Source: an uncultured delta proteobacterium
Lineage (GTDB): Bacteria; Myxococcota; Myxococcia; Myxococcales; Anaeromyxobacteraceae
Reading direction: 5' to 3'
NCBI GenBank assembly: GCA_963845515.1
Contig: CAWJSR010000028.1
Span: 96,001-160,000 of the forward strand
DNA length: 64,000 nt
In this document: positions 21,086 to 30,937 of the stretch, piece by piece
Position numbering within the stretch: the first letter of the stretch is position 1
How the letters are laid out: the number at the start of each line of letters is the position of its first letter
Made by a program: the position numbers and the translations under genes
The notes under the pieces: generated by a model
Seen by the model: only the letters and a program-made list of their open reading frames with translations
The model's database searches: none
What the model was told of the DNA's origin: nothing

Positions 21086-22018
21086 TCAGTGCGCCTGCTC
21101 GCCGAGCCAGCGCTCGGCGTCGATCGCGGCCTGGCAGCCCATCCCGGCCGCGGAGACCGCCTGCCGGTAGGTCGGGTCGGCCACGTCGCCGGCGGCGAAG
21201 ACCCCGGGGACCGACGTGTAGGTGGACGGAGCCTTGATTCGCAGATAACCGACCTCGTTCATCTCGAGCTGTCCCTTGAAGACGCCGGTGTTCGGCTGGT
21301 GGCCGATCCCCATGAAGACCCCCTTGAGCGGGATCTCGCGGATCTTCCCGTCGTTGGTGCCCTTCACGCGGAGCCCGGTGACCGCCTTCCCGTCCCCCAG
21401 GATCTCCTCGGGGATGGCGCTCAGGACCAGCTCGACCTTCGGGTTCTTCGCCGCCCGGTCAGCCATGATCTTCGAGGCGCGGAGCTGGTCGCGGCGGTGG
21501 ACGATGTAGACCTTCGTCGCGAACTTGGTGAGGAAGTCGGCCTCCTCCATCGCCGTGTCGCCCCCGCCGATCACTGCCACCTCGGTCCCCTTGAAGAAGA
21601 AGCCGTCGCAGGTGGCGCAGGCCGACACGCCGCGGCCGCGGTACTTCTCCTCGGAGGGCAGACCGAGCCACTTGGCCGTGGCGCCGGTCGAGACGATCAC
21701 CGCGTCGGCCGTGAGCGCCTCGTCACCCGACCAGAGCTGGAACGGCCGCTTCGAGAAGTCGACGCGGGTGATCTCCTTGCCCTCGAAGCGGGTCCCGAAG
21801 CGCTCCGCCTGCTTCCGCATCTGCTCCATCAGCAGCGGGCCGACGATCCCGTCGGGGAAGCCGGGGTAGTTCTCCACCTCGTTGGTGATGGTGAGCTGCC
21901 CGCCGGGCTGCATGCCCTCGAAGAGGACCGGCTTCAGCTCCCCGCGCGAGGCGTAGATGGCGGCGGTGTAGCCGGCGGGTCCGCTGCCGATGATGACGAG
22001 CTTCTCGTGCTGGGCCAT
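21086..22018 (-). CDS. trxB: Thioredoxin-disulfide reductase
   Basis: IIGSGPAG, GGQL, CATCDGFF, GGGDTAMEEA, HRRD, FAAGDV. Confidence 0.96.
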   Translation of the reverse strand: MAQHEKLVIIGSGPAGYTAAIYASRGELKPVLFEGMQPGGQLTITNEVENYPGFPDGIVGPLLMEQMRKQAERFGTRFEGKEITRVDFSKRPFQLWSGDEALTADAVIVSTGATAKWLGLPSEEKYRGRGVSACATCDGFFFKGTEVAVIGGGDTAMEEADFLTKFATKVYIVHRRDQLRASKIMADRAAKNPKVELVLSAIPEEILGDGKAVTGLRVKGTNDGKIREIPLKGVFMGIGHQPNTGVFKGQLEMNEVGYLRIKAPSTYTSVPGVFAAGDVADPTYRQAVSAAGMGCQAAIDAERWLGEQAH

Positions 22019-22171
22019 GCGGTTGGATCTCCTCGATGCGGGGGTGCGACGTGTCCTGTCTAGCTCCATTGGAGCCCGCTTGTCATGCACCGGTTCGACG
22101 CGCCCTGGCCGGTTGACCGGCGGGGGGGATTTGGCGCACATTCCAGCCGCTTTTCACCTCCTGGGAGCCAC

Positions 22172-23224
22172 ATGCGCACTCTCAACCTCCTCGTCGGCGC
22201 AGCGGTGATCGTCGCCGCCGCCTGCCAGCCCGCTCGCACCTCCTCCGCGAGCGGTCCCCAGAAGCTCGACCCGAAGACGCCCGTCGCACGGATGGCGTCC
22301 GGCACCATCACCGCCGGCGAGCTCGACGAGCTCGTGAAGGGTGAGCTCCGCAAGATGGAGTCCGAGTACCAGGAGCGCATGTACGAGGCGCGCCGCGGCG
22401 CGCTCGAGTCCCTCATCGTCAAGCGGCTCGTCGAGGGGAAGGCCAAGGCCGAGAACCTCACGGCCGAGGAGTACGCGGAGCGCGAGGTGCTCAAGAAGGT
22501 CCCCGAGCCGACCGAGGAGGAGATCCGCAACCTCTACGACCGCGCCGTCGCCGGCGGCGAGAAGCTCCCGCCCCTCGACAAGGTGAAGCCCGAGATCGCC
22601 CGCTTCATCAAGCAGCAGAAGGGGCGCGACGCCGCGAGGGCCTGGTACGACGAGCTCAAGAAGGAGGCGAAGGTCGAGATCCTGCTGCCCGCCTGGGAGC
22701 CGCCGAAGGTCGAGGTCGCGGCCGTCGGTCCCGCGAAGGGGCCGGCCAACGCGCCGATCACGATCGTGGAGTTCTCCGACTTCGAGTGCCCGTTCTGCGT
22801 GCGGGCCGAGCAGACGGTGAAGGACCTGCTCGACGCGTACCCGGGCAAGATCCGCGTGGTCTACCGCGACTTCCCGCTCCCCAACCACAAGCAGGCCCCG
22901 AAGGCGGCCGAGGCGTCGCACTGCGCCGACGACCAGGGGAAGTACTGGGAGATGCACGGCAAGCTCTTCGCGGCCGAGGGCAAGCTGGCGCCCACCGACC
23001 TCAAGGGCTACGCCCGGGAGATCGGCGTCGACGGCGCGCGCTTCGACCGCTGCCTCGAGTCGGGAGAGAAGGCGAAGGTCGTCGAGTCCCACCGGAAGGC
23101 GGGTGAGGAGGCGGGCGTCAGCGGGACGCCGGCGTTCTTCATCAACGGCCGGCTCATCAGCGGGGCGCAGCCGCTCGAGAACTTCAGGGCGATCGTGGAC
23201 AAGGAGCTCGGCCTCAAGAAGTAG
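22172..23224 (+). CDS. DsbA/Com1-like thioredoxin-fold lipoprotein with SurA-like N-terminal region
   Basis: Lipobox AAAC; EFSDFECPFC, YRDFPL, GVSGTPAFFING. Confidence 0.85.
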   Translation: MRTLNLLVGAAVIVAAACQPARTSSASGPQKLDPKTPVARMASGTITAGELDELVKGELRKMESEYQERMYEARRGALESLIVKRLVEGKAKAENLTAEEYAEREVLKKVPEPTEEEIRNLYDRAVAGGEKLPPLDKVKPEIARFIKQQKGRDAARAWYDELKKEAKVEILLPAWEPPKVEVAAVGPAKGPANAPITIVEFSDFECPFCVRAEQTVKDLLDAYPGKIRVVYRDFPLPNHKQAPKAAEASHCADDQGKYWEMHGKLFAAEGKLAPTDLKGYAREIGVDGARFDRCLESGEKAKVVESHRKAGEEAGVSGTPAFFINGRLISGAQPLENFRAIVDKELGLKK

Positions 23225-23264
23225 GGGCCGCGCCCGCCTGCGAGGCGTGGCGAGGGTGCGCGAC

Positions 23265-24374
23265 ATGGGTGCGTTCGGCGACGGCAGGGCGGTCTCGCTG
23301 GGGGAGCGGCGTCGCACCCGCCAGGTCAGGATCGGCGGCGTCGCGATCGGCGGCGGCGCGCCGATCGCCGTCCAGTCGATGACCTGCACCCAGACCGCCG
23401 ACGTCGCGTCCACGCTCGGGCAGGTGCGCGCGCTCGCCGAGGCGGGCGCCGACCTGGTGCGGCTCGCGGTCCCCGACGCCGACGCGGCGGCAGCGCTCGG
23501 CGAGATCGTCCGCGGCTCGCCGGTCCCGCTCGTCGCGGACATCCACTTCGATCATCGGCTGGCGCTGAAGGCGCTCGACGCCGGCATCCACGGGATCCGG
23601 CTGAACCCCGGCAACATCGGCGCGCGCGAGCGCGTGCGCGAGGTGGTCCGGGCCGCGGCCGAGCGCAGCGTCCCGATCAGGATCGGCGTCAACGCCGGGT
23701 CGCTCGAGAAGGAGATCCTCGCGCGGCACGGCTGGCCCACCGCCGAGGGGATGGTCGAGAGCGCGGAGCGGCACATCCGGTTCCTCGAGGACGAGGGCTA
23801 CCGGGAGATCAAGGTCTCGCTCAAGGCGCACGACATCGCGATGACCGTGCGCGCCAACCGGCTCTTCGCCGAGCGGTTCGACTACCCGCTCCACCTCGGG
23901 ATCACCGAGGCGGGGACGCTCCAGGCCGGGACCATCAAGAGCTCGGCCGGGATCGCCATCCTGCTCGCCGACGGCATCGGCGACACCATCCGCGTGTCGC
24001 TCACCGCCGACCCCGTCGAGGAGATCCGCGTCGCGCGGACCCTCCTCAAGTCGCTGGGGCTCAAGTTCGGCGGCGCCACCCTCACCTCCTGCCCGACCTG
24101 CGGCCGCTGCGCGGTCGCGATGATCCCGATCGCGGAGCGCGTCGAGCGGCGGCTCGCCGACGTGAAGGGCGAGGTCCAGGTGGCGGTGATGGGGTGCGAG
24201 GTGAACGGCCCCGGCGAGGCGGCGGCCGCCGACGTGGGGATCGCCTTCGGCCACGAGGGGGTCGGGCTCCTCTTCGAGGGCGGGAAGATCGTCCGGCGGA
24301 TGAAGGTGGAGGAGCTGGAGGACGTGCTCGTCGCAGAGGCGCTCAGGATCGCGGCGGAGCGGGCGAAGGGGTAG
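23265..24374 (+). CDS. ispG: 4-hydroxy-3-methylbut-2-en-1-yl diphosphate synthase
   Basis: VQSMT, ADIHF, RLNPGN, RIGVNAGS, HLGITEAG, GIGDTIRVSL, CPTCGR, MGCEVNGPGE. Confidence 0.96.
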   Translation: MGAFGDGRAVSLGERRRTRQVRIGGVAIGGGAPIAVQSMTCTQTADVASTLGQVRALAEAGADLVRLAVPDADAAAALGEIVRGSPVPLVADIHFDHRLALKALDAGIHGIRLNPGNIGARERVREVVRAAAERSVPIRIGVNAGSLEKEILARHGWPTAEGMVESAERHIRFLEDEGYREIKVSLKAHDIAMTVRANRLFAERFDYPLHLGITEAGTLQAGTIKSSAGIAILLADGIGDTIRVSLTADPVEEIRVARTLLKSLGLKFGGATLTSCPTCGRCAVAMIPIAERVERRLADVKGEVQVAVMGCEVNGPGEAAAADVGIAFGHEGVGLLFEGGKIVRRMKVEELEDVLVAEALRIAAERAKG

Positions 24375-24488
24375 ATAGACCCGGACGTGGCGCGCGTCGT
24401 GCCTCTCAGTGTACCCTTCAGCGGCGTCGCGCGGTGCGGCGCGGGGGCCTGGCGTCAGGCGCTGGGCGAACGCCAGAAGGGGGATCTC

Positions 24489-25787
24489 GTGAGGGATGGT
24501 CTCAGGTTGATTCGCGGTGGTCTGCTGGTCGCGGCGCTCGTGTCGGCTTCCTGCAACCCCGCGGACGATGGCGGCACGAAGCCCACCGGCGGCGCGTCGT
24601 GGCTCAACTTCGTTCCGACGTCGTTCAACGTGGCCACGACGCCGGGATTCAGCACGCCGTTCACGCTGAACGTGCACTCCTACAGGACGTTCACGCAGCC
24701 GGTCAACGTGGCCCTCATCGACCTCGGAGGCGTCACTGACGGGAACGTCGTCCTCCATGCCTACTCGGCGAGCGACTACGCAGCCGACTTCTGGACCCGC
24801 ACCTCGCTGGAGACCGGCACGCACACCGGGTCCATCAGGGTGAGGCTCTGCTACGACAATCCGCTGGTCTGCGCCCAGGAGGTCGACGGCTCTCCGTGGA
24901 CCATTCCGTACAGCGTCCTGGTGATCGACGAGTCCCTGTACTCGTTCGCGCGCTGGGAGACGGTGCGGGCGACCACGCCCTTCCTCGACGACTACGCGCT
25001 CACCGCCATGGGGTCGACCCTCGTCGCAGCCTCCGCGGGGTTCTACTCGGGGGTCATGGAGACGTGGACCTCGGTGGACGAAGGAGCGAACTGGACCAGG
25101 TCGGCGGCCGCCGGCCCGACCCCCTTCACCCGGAACTTCGCCCTCGCCGCCGACGGCGCCGCGGTGTTCCTCTCGGGAGGCGAGCTGCTCGGCCCCTCCA
25201 GCGCCCCTCTGGGAACGTACTCGAGCGCAGTCTGGAAGTTCGACGGCACCTCCTGGACGCAGATGACGGCCGCGGCTCCCTGGTCGGCCCGTGCCCAGCA
25301 CTCGATGGTCCGGCTCGGTTCGGACCTGTACGTCTTCGGCGGGCGGACTGCGGCCGACCTCACCGACGCGTGGAGGTCTTCGGACGACGGCGCCACGTGG
25401 AGCCTCCTGAGCGATCCGCTCCCCGCCGGCGGGGGCGGCGCCACCTGCGCCGTCGCGCGGAGCGGCGGAATCCTCCTCGCGAAGTCGGGGGTCTGGACCT
25501 CCTCCGACGGGACGGCCTGGCAGGCCCAGGCCGGCTACGCAGCGCCCTACGCCCTCGGGGCACTCGAGTGCGGCGTCCTGGGGGATCGGACCTACATCTA
25601 CGGGCCCGGACTCGGCATCCTCGGCGACGGCGTCGTCTCCTCCGCCGACCTCGTGACGTGGCAGTTCGAGCCCGGCCCGACCTTCCACGGCGTGGTCCCC
25701 TCGTTGACCGCGGTGAACGGAAGGCTCTTCATCCTGGCGGGCGCCGGGACCTCCGCCCGGCCAGTCGTGCGCACCGTGCCCTGGTAG
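24489..25787 (+). CDS. Lipoprotein with Ig-like N-domain and Kelch/BNR-like propeller
   Basis: Lipobox SASC; S.D.G..W Asp-box repeats; R..H....LYVFGG Kelch motif; start approximate. Confidence 0.7.
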   Translation: MRDGLRLIRGGLLVAALVSASCNPADDGGTKPTGGASWLNFVPTSFNVATTPGFSTPFTLNVHSYRTFTQPVNVALIDLGGVTDGNVVLHAYSASDYAADFWTRTSLETGTHTGSIRVRLCYDNPLVCAQEVDGSPWTIPYSVLVIDESLYSFARWETVRATTPFLDDYALTAMGSTLVAASAGFYSGVMETWTSVDEGANWTRSAAAGPTPFTRNFALAADGAAVFLSGGELLGPSSAPLGTYSSAVWKFDGTSWTQMTAAAPWSARAQHSMVRLGSDLYVFGGRTAADLTDAWRSSDDGATWSLLSDPLPAGGGGATCAVARSGGILLAKSGVWTSSDGTAWQAQAGYAAPYALGALECGVLGDRTYIYGPGLGILGDGVVSSADLVTWQFEPGPTFHGVVPSLTAVNGRLFILAGAGTSARPVVRTVPW

Positions 25788-25911
25788 CGGGCCTCCACGA
25801 GGGTGGCGGCCGCCTGCGGCGGGGCGAGGCGGGACCGAGGCGGGTGCGAATCCGACGCGCGCGCGGTCGTGCCGCGACGTCGGAACAGCCGCGCGAGGAT
25901 GCTCGCGCAGC

Positions 25912-25943
25912 CCCCTCACCCTCTCCCCCGGTGGGGAGAGGGG
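25912..25943. repeat. REP-like palindrome (CCCTCACC..CCCTCTCCCC/GGGGAGAGGG family)
   Basis: ccctctcccc-cggt-ggggagaggg; related copies at about 32340-32420, 42274-42313 and 51380-51408. Confidence 0.65.
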
Positions 25944-25970
25944 AGGATGGGTTGCGGGGCTCGGAGCCTG

Positions 25971-27461
25971 CTACTGCGCGACGACGGAGAAGACGCCGAG
26001 GAGATCCTCGGACATCGAGATGGGCTCGTCCTTCACGTTGTGCACGACCAGCCGGACCTGGTAGGTGGACCCGGCCGTAAGCGTCGCTGGCGTCGTGGCG
26101 CTCGTGACGGTGCCGGTCCCGGCAGGGGTGCCATAGACCACGGGGCTGGCGGTCGCCGTGGCGGTCCAGGCGGTCGAGCCCGTCTCGCTCACGACCTTGA
26201 TCTCGTAGTAGCTGGCGGACGAATAGGCCTCCCAGGCGAAGCTCGGCGTCGCGCTGGTCGTCGTGCAGCCGCCGATCGGGAGCGTCCCGGGATCGGCTGG
26301 GAGGGGGTTGACCGTGCTGCACGCGCCCGTGGCGTCGGCGATCGGCGCCGTCAGGCGGACGGCGCCCGTGACCTTGAACATGCCGATGTCGGCTGCGGAC
26401 GAGCCGTCCATGAAGAGCGGCACGCCGTCGACCACCTCGAACTCGAGGACGGCGGTCCCGCCGGTGGGGGAGACGTCGCGCACGATGTAGTCGGTCTCGA
26501 ACGCCGCGAGCGCCTTGTAGTGGCCGTCGGGGATGCCGGTGATCGACCACGTGCCGTTGTCGACGTCCCTGGCCCTCAGGCCCGGCGGCGTCTGGCCGCG
26601 GAGCGTCAGCGGATCGAGGGTCGAGGCGACGACGAGGAGGACGCTCGTGTAGTTCCAGTCGGTCCTGCTGACGAAGTTCACCTGGCCGCCCACCGTCGCG
26701 GTCGGGACCTCCGACTTGTTGAGGTCGGCGGTGACGGGGTTCGTCCCGGCGGCTGCGACCGCCGCCCCGACTACCGGCGTGAAGTTGACCCCCTTCGCGT
26801 AGGCGGTGACGTCGCAGGTGCCGTCCGGCACGTTGAAGATCGCGTAGCTCCCGTCGCTGCCCGGGACCGCGGTGTACACGACGCCGCCGCACTCCGCGAC
26901 GACGAGGGCGCCCCCGGAGGCTGGGAGCTGAACGGTGCCGGCGATCTCGCCGGTAGGCGCGCCCGCGATGGCGGCGAGGCCTACGTCGGTGAGCGAGCTC
27001 TGGACCGTCCAGCGCCCCGTGCCGTGGGTCGCGGCGGTGAGCGCGATCGGCAGGGCGGTGCGCAGCCCGGAGGGGAAGGACTCGTAGCCCCTACGATCCG
27101 CGCGGAGAGTCACGGTGCCCGACGCGGGGGAGCCGTCGCCGTTGCGCGAGGCGCGCACGCTGAACTCGTAGGTGCCGTCGGCGGCCGAGATCGCCACCGT
27201 CGAGACGGGGGCGCCGTCCACGTCCTGTCCGACGACGCGCGCGGCCTCGAGGCTGGTGGCCGGGACGCCGAGGTCGTAGACGCGCCCTCGCACGTAGATC
27301 GGGTCGGCGCAGACGGGATCGGCGCCGGGCACGCTCTCGCAAACCTGGCCGCCGTCACAGCCGGTCTGTACGCAGGTCTGCTTCGAGTCCGACTCGCCGC
27401 GGCACCCCACGACGGCGAGGAGGGCGGCGGTGGTCAACGCAAGGAGTCGCTGGTGTTGCAT
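25971..27461 (-). CDS. Lipoprotein with carboxypeptidase-regulatory-like beta-sandwich domains
   Basis: Lipobox VVGC, Cys-rich N-terminus, DGTY/DGSY..FNVP.G repeats. Confidence 0.7.
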   Translation of the reverse strand: MQHQRLLALTTAALLAVVGCRGESDSKQTCVQTGCDGGQVCESVPGADPVCADPIYVRGRVYDLGVPATSLEAARVVGQDVDGAPVSTVAISAADGTYEFSVRASRNGDGSPASGTVTLRADRRGYESFPSGLRTALPIALTAATHGTGRWTVQSSLTDVGLAAIAGAPTGEIAGTVQLPASGGALVVAECGGVVYTAVPGSDGSYAIFNVPDGTCDVTAYAKGVNFTPVVGAAVAAAGTNPVTADLNKSEVPTATVGGQVNFVSRTDWNYTSVLLVVASTLDPLTLRGQTPPGLRARDVDNGTWSITGIPDGHYKALAAFETDYIVRDVSPTGGTAVLEFEVVDGVPLFMDGSSAADIGMFKVTGAVRLTAPIADATGACSTVNPLPADPGTLPIGGCTTTSATPSFAWEAYSSASYYEIKVVSETGSTAWTATATASPVVYGTPAGTGTVTSATTPATLTAGSTYQVRLVVHNVKDEPISMSEDLLGVFSVVAQ

Positions 27462-27646
27462 GAGGGGCCTCGGTTCGAGATTGGAGTGGCGCTGGGGCGC
27501 CGGGCGATGTCCCCGGAGCGGGGGACGGCATACCATCCTCGCGGGACAAGCGGCGGCGAAGATTGCCACACGTCCGGACGGCGTAGGTGCGAGTCGTACC
27601 GGTGGGCCCGAGGTGCGAGGCGGCCCTTCATGCGCCTTTCGTCTTC

Positions 27647-29095
27647 TCAGCGCCCCAGCGTGACGACGTACGCCGCCAGCGCCCCGCGCTCCGCCTCGCT
27701 GAGGTCGAAGCGAGGCATCGCGGCGTTCATCCGGTGGAGCCGGCCCACCACGGCGTAGGCGAGCGGCTCGTTCCAGCCCGCGACCCTCCGCTCCAGCCGG
27801 ATCTCGCGGTGGCAGCTGCGGCACGCGTCGCCGAAGAGCCGCTTGCCCTCCTTGACGCGGTCGGGATCGGGGGGACCCACCGCCGCGCCCGCCTCGCTGC
27901 CGTCGAGCAGCGCCAGGTGGAGCGCGAGGTCGCGTTCGTCGGCCGAGTCGCCGGGGAAGGGCGGCGACGCCGACGAGAGCCGGTCGAGCCGCGCGATCGC
28001 CGCCGCGATGGCGGCGCGCGGCCACCCGTCGAACCTGGCGCCGAGGCCGCGCGAGGTGTGGCAGGGGGCGCACGCGAGCTCGTGGATCCGTCCTCCCCGC
28101 TCCTGGGACGCCTTAGTGCCTGCGGCGCCGAGCTCCGGCAGGACGGCACCGAGCCCCGAGCGGACCGCCGCCTCCGCCTCGTCGCGGGTCAGGCCGTTCG
28201 CCAGGAGCCAGCCGCGCCCCGGCGTGCCCAGCGTCCACGGTCCGGAGAAGCCCACACGCGCCACCTCCGCGGCGGCGACGCCGGCACCCGCGAGGAGGAG
28301 CAGCAGGGTGAGCGCGTTACGTCGGAGGACGATGAAGCGGGTGGTGGAGAGCCAGGCGACGAGCAGCGCGGCCGCCGCGAAGGACGGGGCCGCCCACGTG
28401 GCCACGCCGGCCGCCACGGTCGGGACAGGAGAATCCCCGAGCAGCACCTCCACCGGGCGCGGCCCGATCGCACGCAGCCAGAGCCAGGAGGCGACTGCCC
28501 CAGCCGAGGCGCCGCCGATCGCGAGGAGCGCACCCGAGACGGCTGCGCGCGTGCGCTGACCCTCGCCTCCGCGCGTGGCGCAGAGCAGGAGACAGGCTCC
28601 GCTCAGGGCGGCAGTGGCGCCGAGCCGGCCGAGCAGGAGCGGCAGGAGCGTGGGGTTCAGCGCCGCGTCGGCGACGGACCGCGACGCCGGCCACGCCCCG
28701 GGCGTCGTCATGAAGGAGAGCGGGAAGGTGTCCAGGGTGAGCGCGAGGACCAGGGCTACGGCCGTGAAGCCGATGGCCCAGTGGCGCTCCAGCAGCGAGA
28801 AGACGAACGCGGTGGCGAGGAGCGCCACGACCCCACCGAGCAGGGGACCGAAGGTGGCGACGAGGGTGGCGGCCGCCTGCGGCGAGGCGAGGCGGACCGA
28901 GGCGGCGAGCGCGATGGCGCTGGCCGCGCCCGCCGCCCCGGCGATCGCGACCCAGCGGACGGGCGGCGGCACGGTGGCACGCAGCCTGGCGATCGCGATC
29001 CCGGCGGCGGCGGGGAGCGCGACCGCGTGGAGCGCAGCCGTCCAGGGGAGGAGGCTCCCCCAGCCCAGGTCCATGATTTCCATGAGGTCCGTCAC
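27647..29095 (-). CDS. Multi-TM protein with two C-terminal c-type heme motifs; divergent CydA-like
   Basis: CAPCH and [18 protein letters not shown]....R and E.AR....PW segments resemble cytochrome bd subunit I. Confidence 0.6.
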   Translation of the reverse strand: MTDLMEIMDLGWGSLLPWTAALHAVALPAAAGIAIARLRATVPPPVRWVAIAGAAGAASAIALAASVRLASPQAAATLVATFGPLLGGVVALLATAFVFSLLERHWAIGFTAVALVLALTLDTFPLSFMTTPGAWPASRSVADAALNPTLLPLLLGRLGATAALSGACLLLCATRGGEGQRTRAAVSGALLAIGGASAGAVASWLWLRAIGPRPVEVLLGDSPVPTVAAGVATWAAPSFAAAALLVAWLSTTRFIVLRRNALTLLLLLAGAGVAAAEVARVGFSGPWTLGTPGRGWLLANGLTRDEAEAAVRSGLGAVLPELGAAGTKASQERGGRIHELACAPCHTSRGLGARFDGWPRAAIAAAIARLDRLSSASPPFPGDSADERDLALHLALLDGSEAGAAVGPPDPDRVKEGKRLFGDACRSCHREIRLERRVAGWNEPLAYAVVGRLHRMNAAMPRFDLSEAERGALAAYVVTLGR

Positions 29096-29211
29096 GCGTT
29101 CGACTCTCCGCCCTCTTCCCGCGGCAGCGAGGATTCTATCCCACGCCCGCGGCCCCCCGCGCCCGGCCCCGTATCCCATTTGGCTGGCGCCGCATGATAA
29201 GAAACGCGGCC

Positions 29212-30936
29212 ATGAACGCGGCCCGATACTCCAGGATGTTCATCCCCACGCTCAAGGAAGCGCCGACCGACGCCCAGGTCGCCTCCCACAAGCTGCTCGT
29301 CCGCGCCGGCTTCATCCGGCAGCTCGGGGCGGGCATCTACGACTACCTGCCGCTCGCCCGGCGCTCGCTCGCCAAGATCGAGCGGATCGTCCGGGAGGAG
29401 ATGGACGCCATCGGCGGCCAGGAGTTCCACCTCCCCGCCCTCCACCCCGCCGAGATCTGGAAGGAGAGCGGCCGGTGGGACGTCATGGGCGACAACATGT
29501 TCCGGCTCAAGGACCGGAAGGGCGCCGACTACTGCCTCGGGATGACGCACGAGGAGATCTTCACCGCCATCGCCCGCGACGAGCTGCGCAGCTACCGGCA
29601 GCTGCCGCAGGTCTGGTACCAGATCCAGTCCAAGTTCCGCGACGAGCCTCGCCCGAAGTCGGGGCTGCTCCGCGTCCGGCAGTTCACGATGAAGGACGCC
29701 TACTCCTTCGACGTGGACCGCGCCGGGCTCGACAAGTCATACGAGGATCAGCGCCAGGCCTACGAGAAGATCTTCAGCCGCTGTGGCCTCCAGTTCGTCG
29801 CGGTCCAGGCCCACTCCGGCTCGATGGGCGGCTCGGAGTCCTCCGAGTTCATGGTGCGGACCGACGCGGGCGAGGACCTCGTCGCCGCCTGCCCGAAGTG
29901 CCGGTACGCCGCCAACACGGAGACCGCCACCTCGCGGCTCCCGGCGGAGAGCGACCAGCCCGGTCCGGCCGAGCTGGAGAAGTTCGCGACCCCGGGCGTC
30001 GTGACGATCGAGGCGCTGCAGCGGCAGCCCTACGGCGTCGGCGCGAAGCGCCAGCTCAAGACGCTCGTCTACGTCGCCGACGGGGAGCTGGTGGTCGCGG
30101 TCGTTCGCGGCGACCAGGATCTGAACGAGGCGAAGCTCCAGACCGCCACCGGCGCGGCGGACGTGCGCCCGGCCCACCCGGAGGAGATCCCGGCGCTGAT
30201 GGGGGCGCACGCCGGCTCGCTCGGCGCGGTGAGGCTCACGAAGGCGCCCGTCTTCGTCGACCCGTCGGTGGCCGACCGCAAGAACATGGTCACGGGGGCC
30301 AACGAGGACGGCTTCCACGTGAAGGGCGTCGACGTGGCGCGCGACCTCCTCGGCCACGGGAAGCTCGCGGACCTCCGGACGGTCAAGGCGGGCGAGGGCT
30401 GCCCGAAGTGCGACGGCGCGCTCGAGGTCTACAAGGCGCTCGAGATCGGCCACATCTTCAAGCTGGGCACCAAGTACTCCGAGTCGCTCAAGGCGACCGT
30501 CCTCGACCCCGAGGGGAAGGCGGTCCCGATCGTGATGGGATCGTACGGCATCGGCGTCGAGCGGATCCTGGCCGCCGCCATCGAGCTCCACCACGACGCC
30601 GCCGGCATCCGCTGGCCTCTCGCGATCGCCCCCTTCCACGCCACCGTCGTCACCCTCGGCCCGGAGCCCGAGCTGAAGGCGGCGGCCGAGGAGGTGGTGG
30701 CGGCGCTCGGCAGGGCGGGGATCGAGGTCCTCTTCGACGATCGCGAGGAGCGCGCCGGCGTGAAGTTCAAGGACGCGGATCTCATCGGCATCCCGATCCG
30801 GATCGCGATCGGCAAGCGGGGGCTGGCGGAGGGGAAGGCGGAGTTCAAGCTGCGCGACCAGCAGGACGCGGAGCTGGTGCCGCTGGCCGACGTCGCCCCA
30901 CGCGCGCGCGCGCTCGTGGACGCCGTCCCGCGGTAG
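29212..30936 (+). CDS. proS: Proline--tRNA ligase with INS editing domain
   Basis: [62 protein letters not shown]. Confidence 0.97.
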   Translation: MNAARYSRMFIPTLKEAPTDAQVASHKLLVRAGFIRQLGAGIYDYLPLARRSLAKIERIVREEMDAIGGQEFHLPALHPAEIWKESGRWDVMGDNMFRLKDRKGADYCLGMTHEEIFTAIARDELRSYRQLPQVWYQIQSKFRDEPRPKSGLLRVRQFTMKDAYSFDVDRAGLDKSYEDQRQAYEKIFSRCGLQFVAVQAHSGSMGGSESSEFMVRTDAGEDLVAACPKCRYAANTETATSRLPAESDQPGPAELEKFATPGVVTIEALQRQPYGVGAKRQLKTLVYVADGELVVAVVRGDQDLNEAKLQTATGAADVRPAHPEEIPALMGAHAGSLGAVRLTKAPVFVDPSVADRKNMVTGANEDGFHVKGVDVARDLLGHGKLADLRTVKAGEGCPKCDGALEVYKALEIGHIFKLGTKYSESLKATVLDPEGKAVPIVMGSYGIGVERILAAAIELHHDAAGIRWPLAIAPFHATVVTLGPEPELKAAAEEVVAALGRAGIEVLFDDREERAGVKFKDADLIGIPIRIAIGKRGLAEGKAEFKLRDQQDAELVPLADVAPRARALVDAVPR

Positions 30937-30937
30937 G

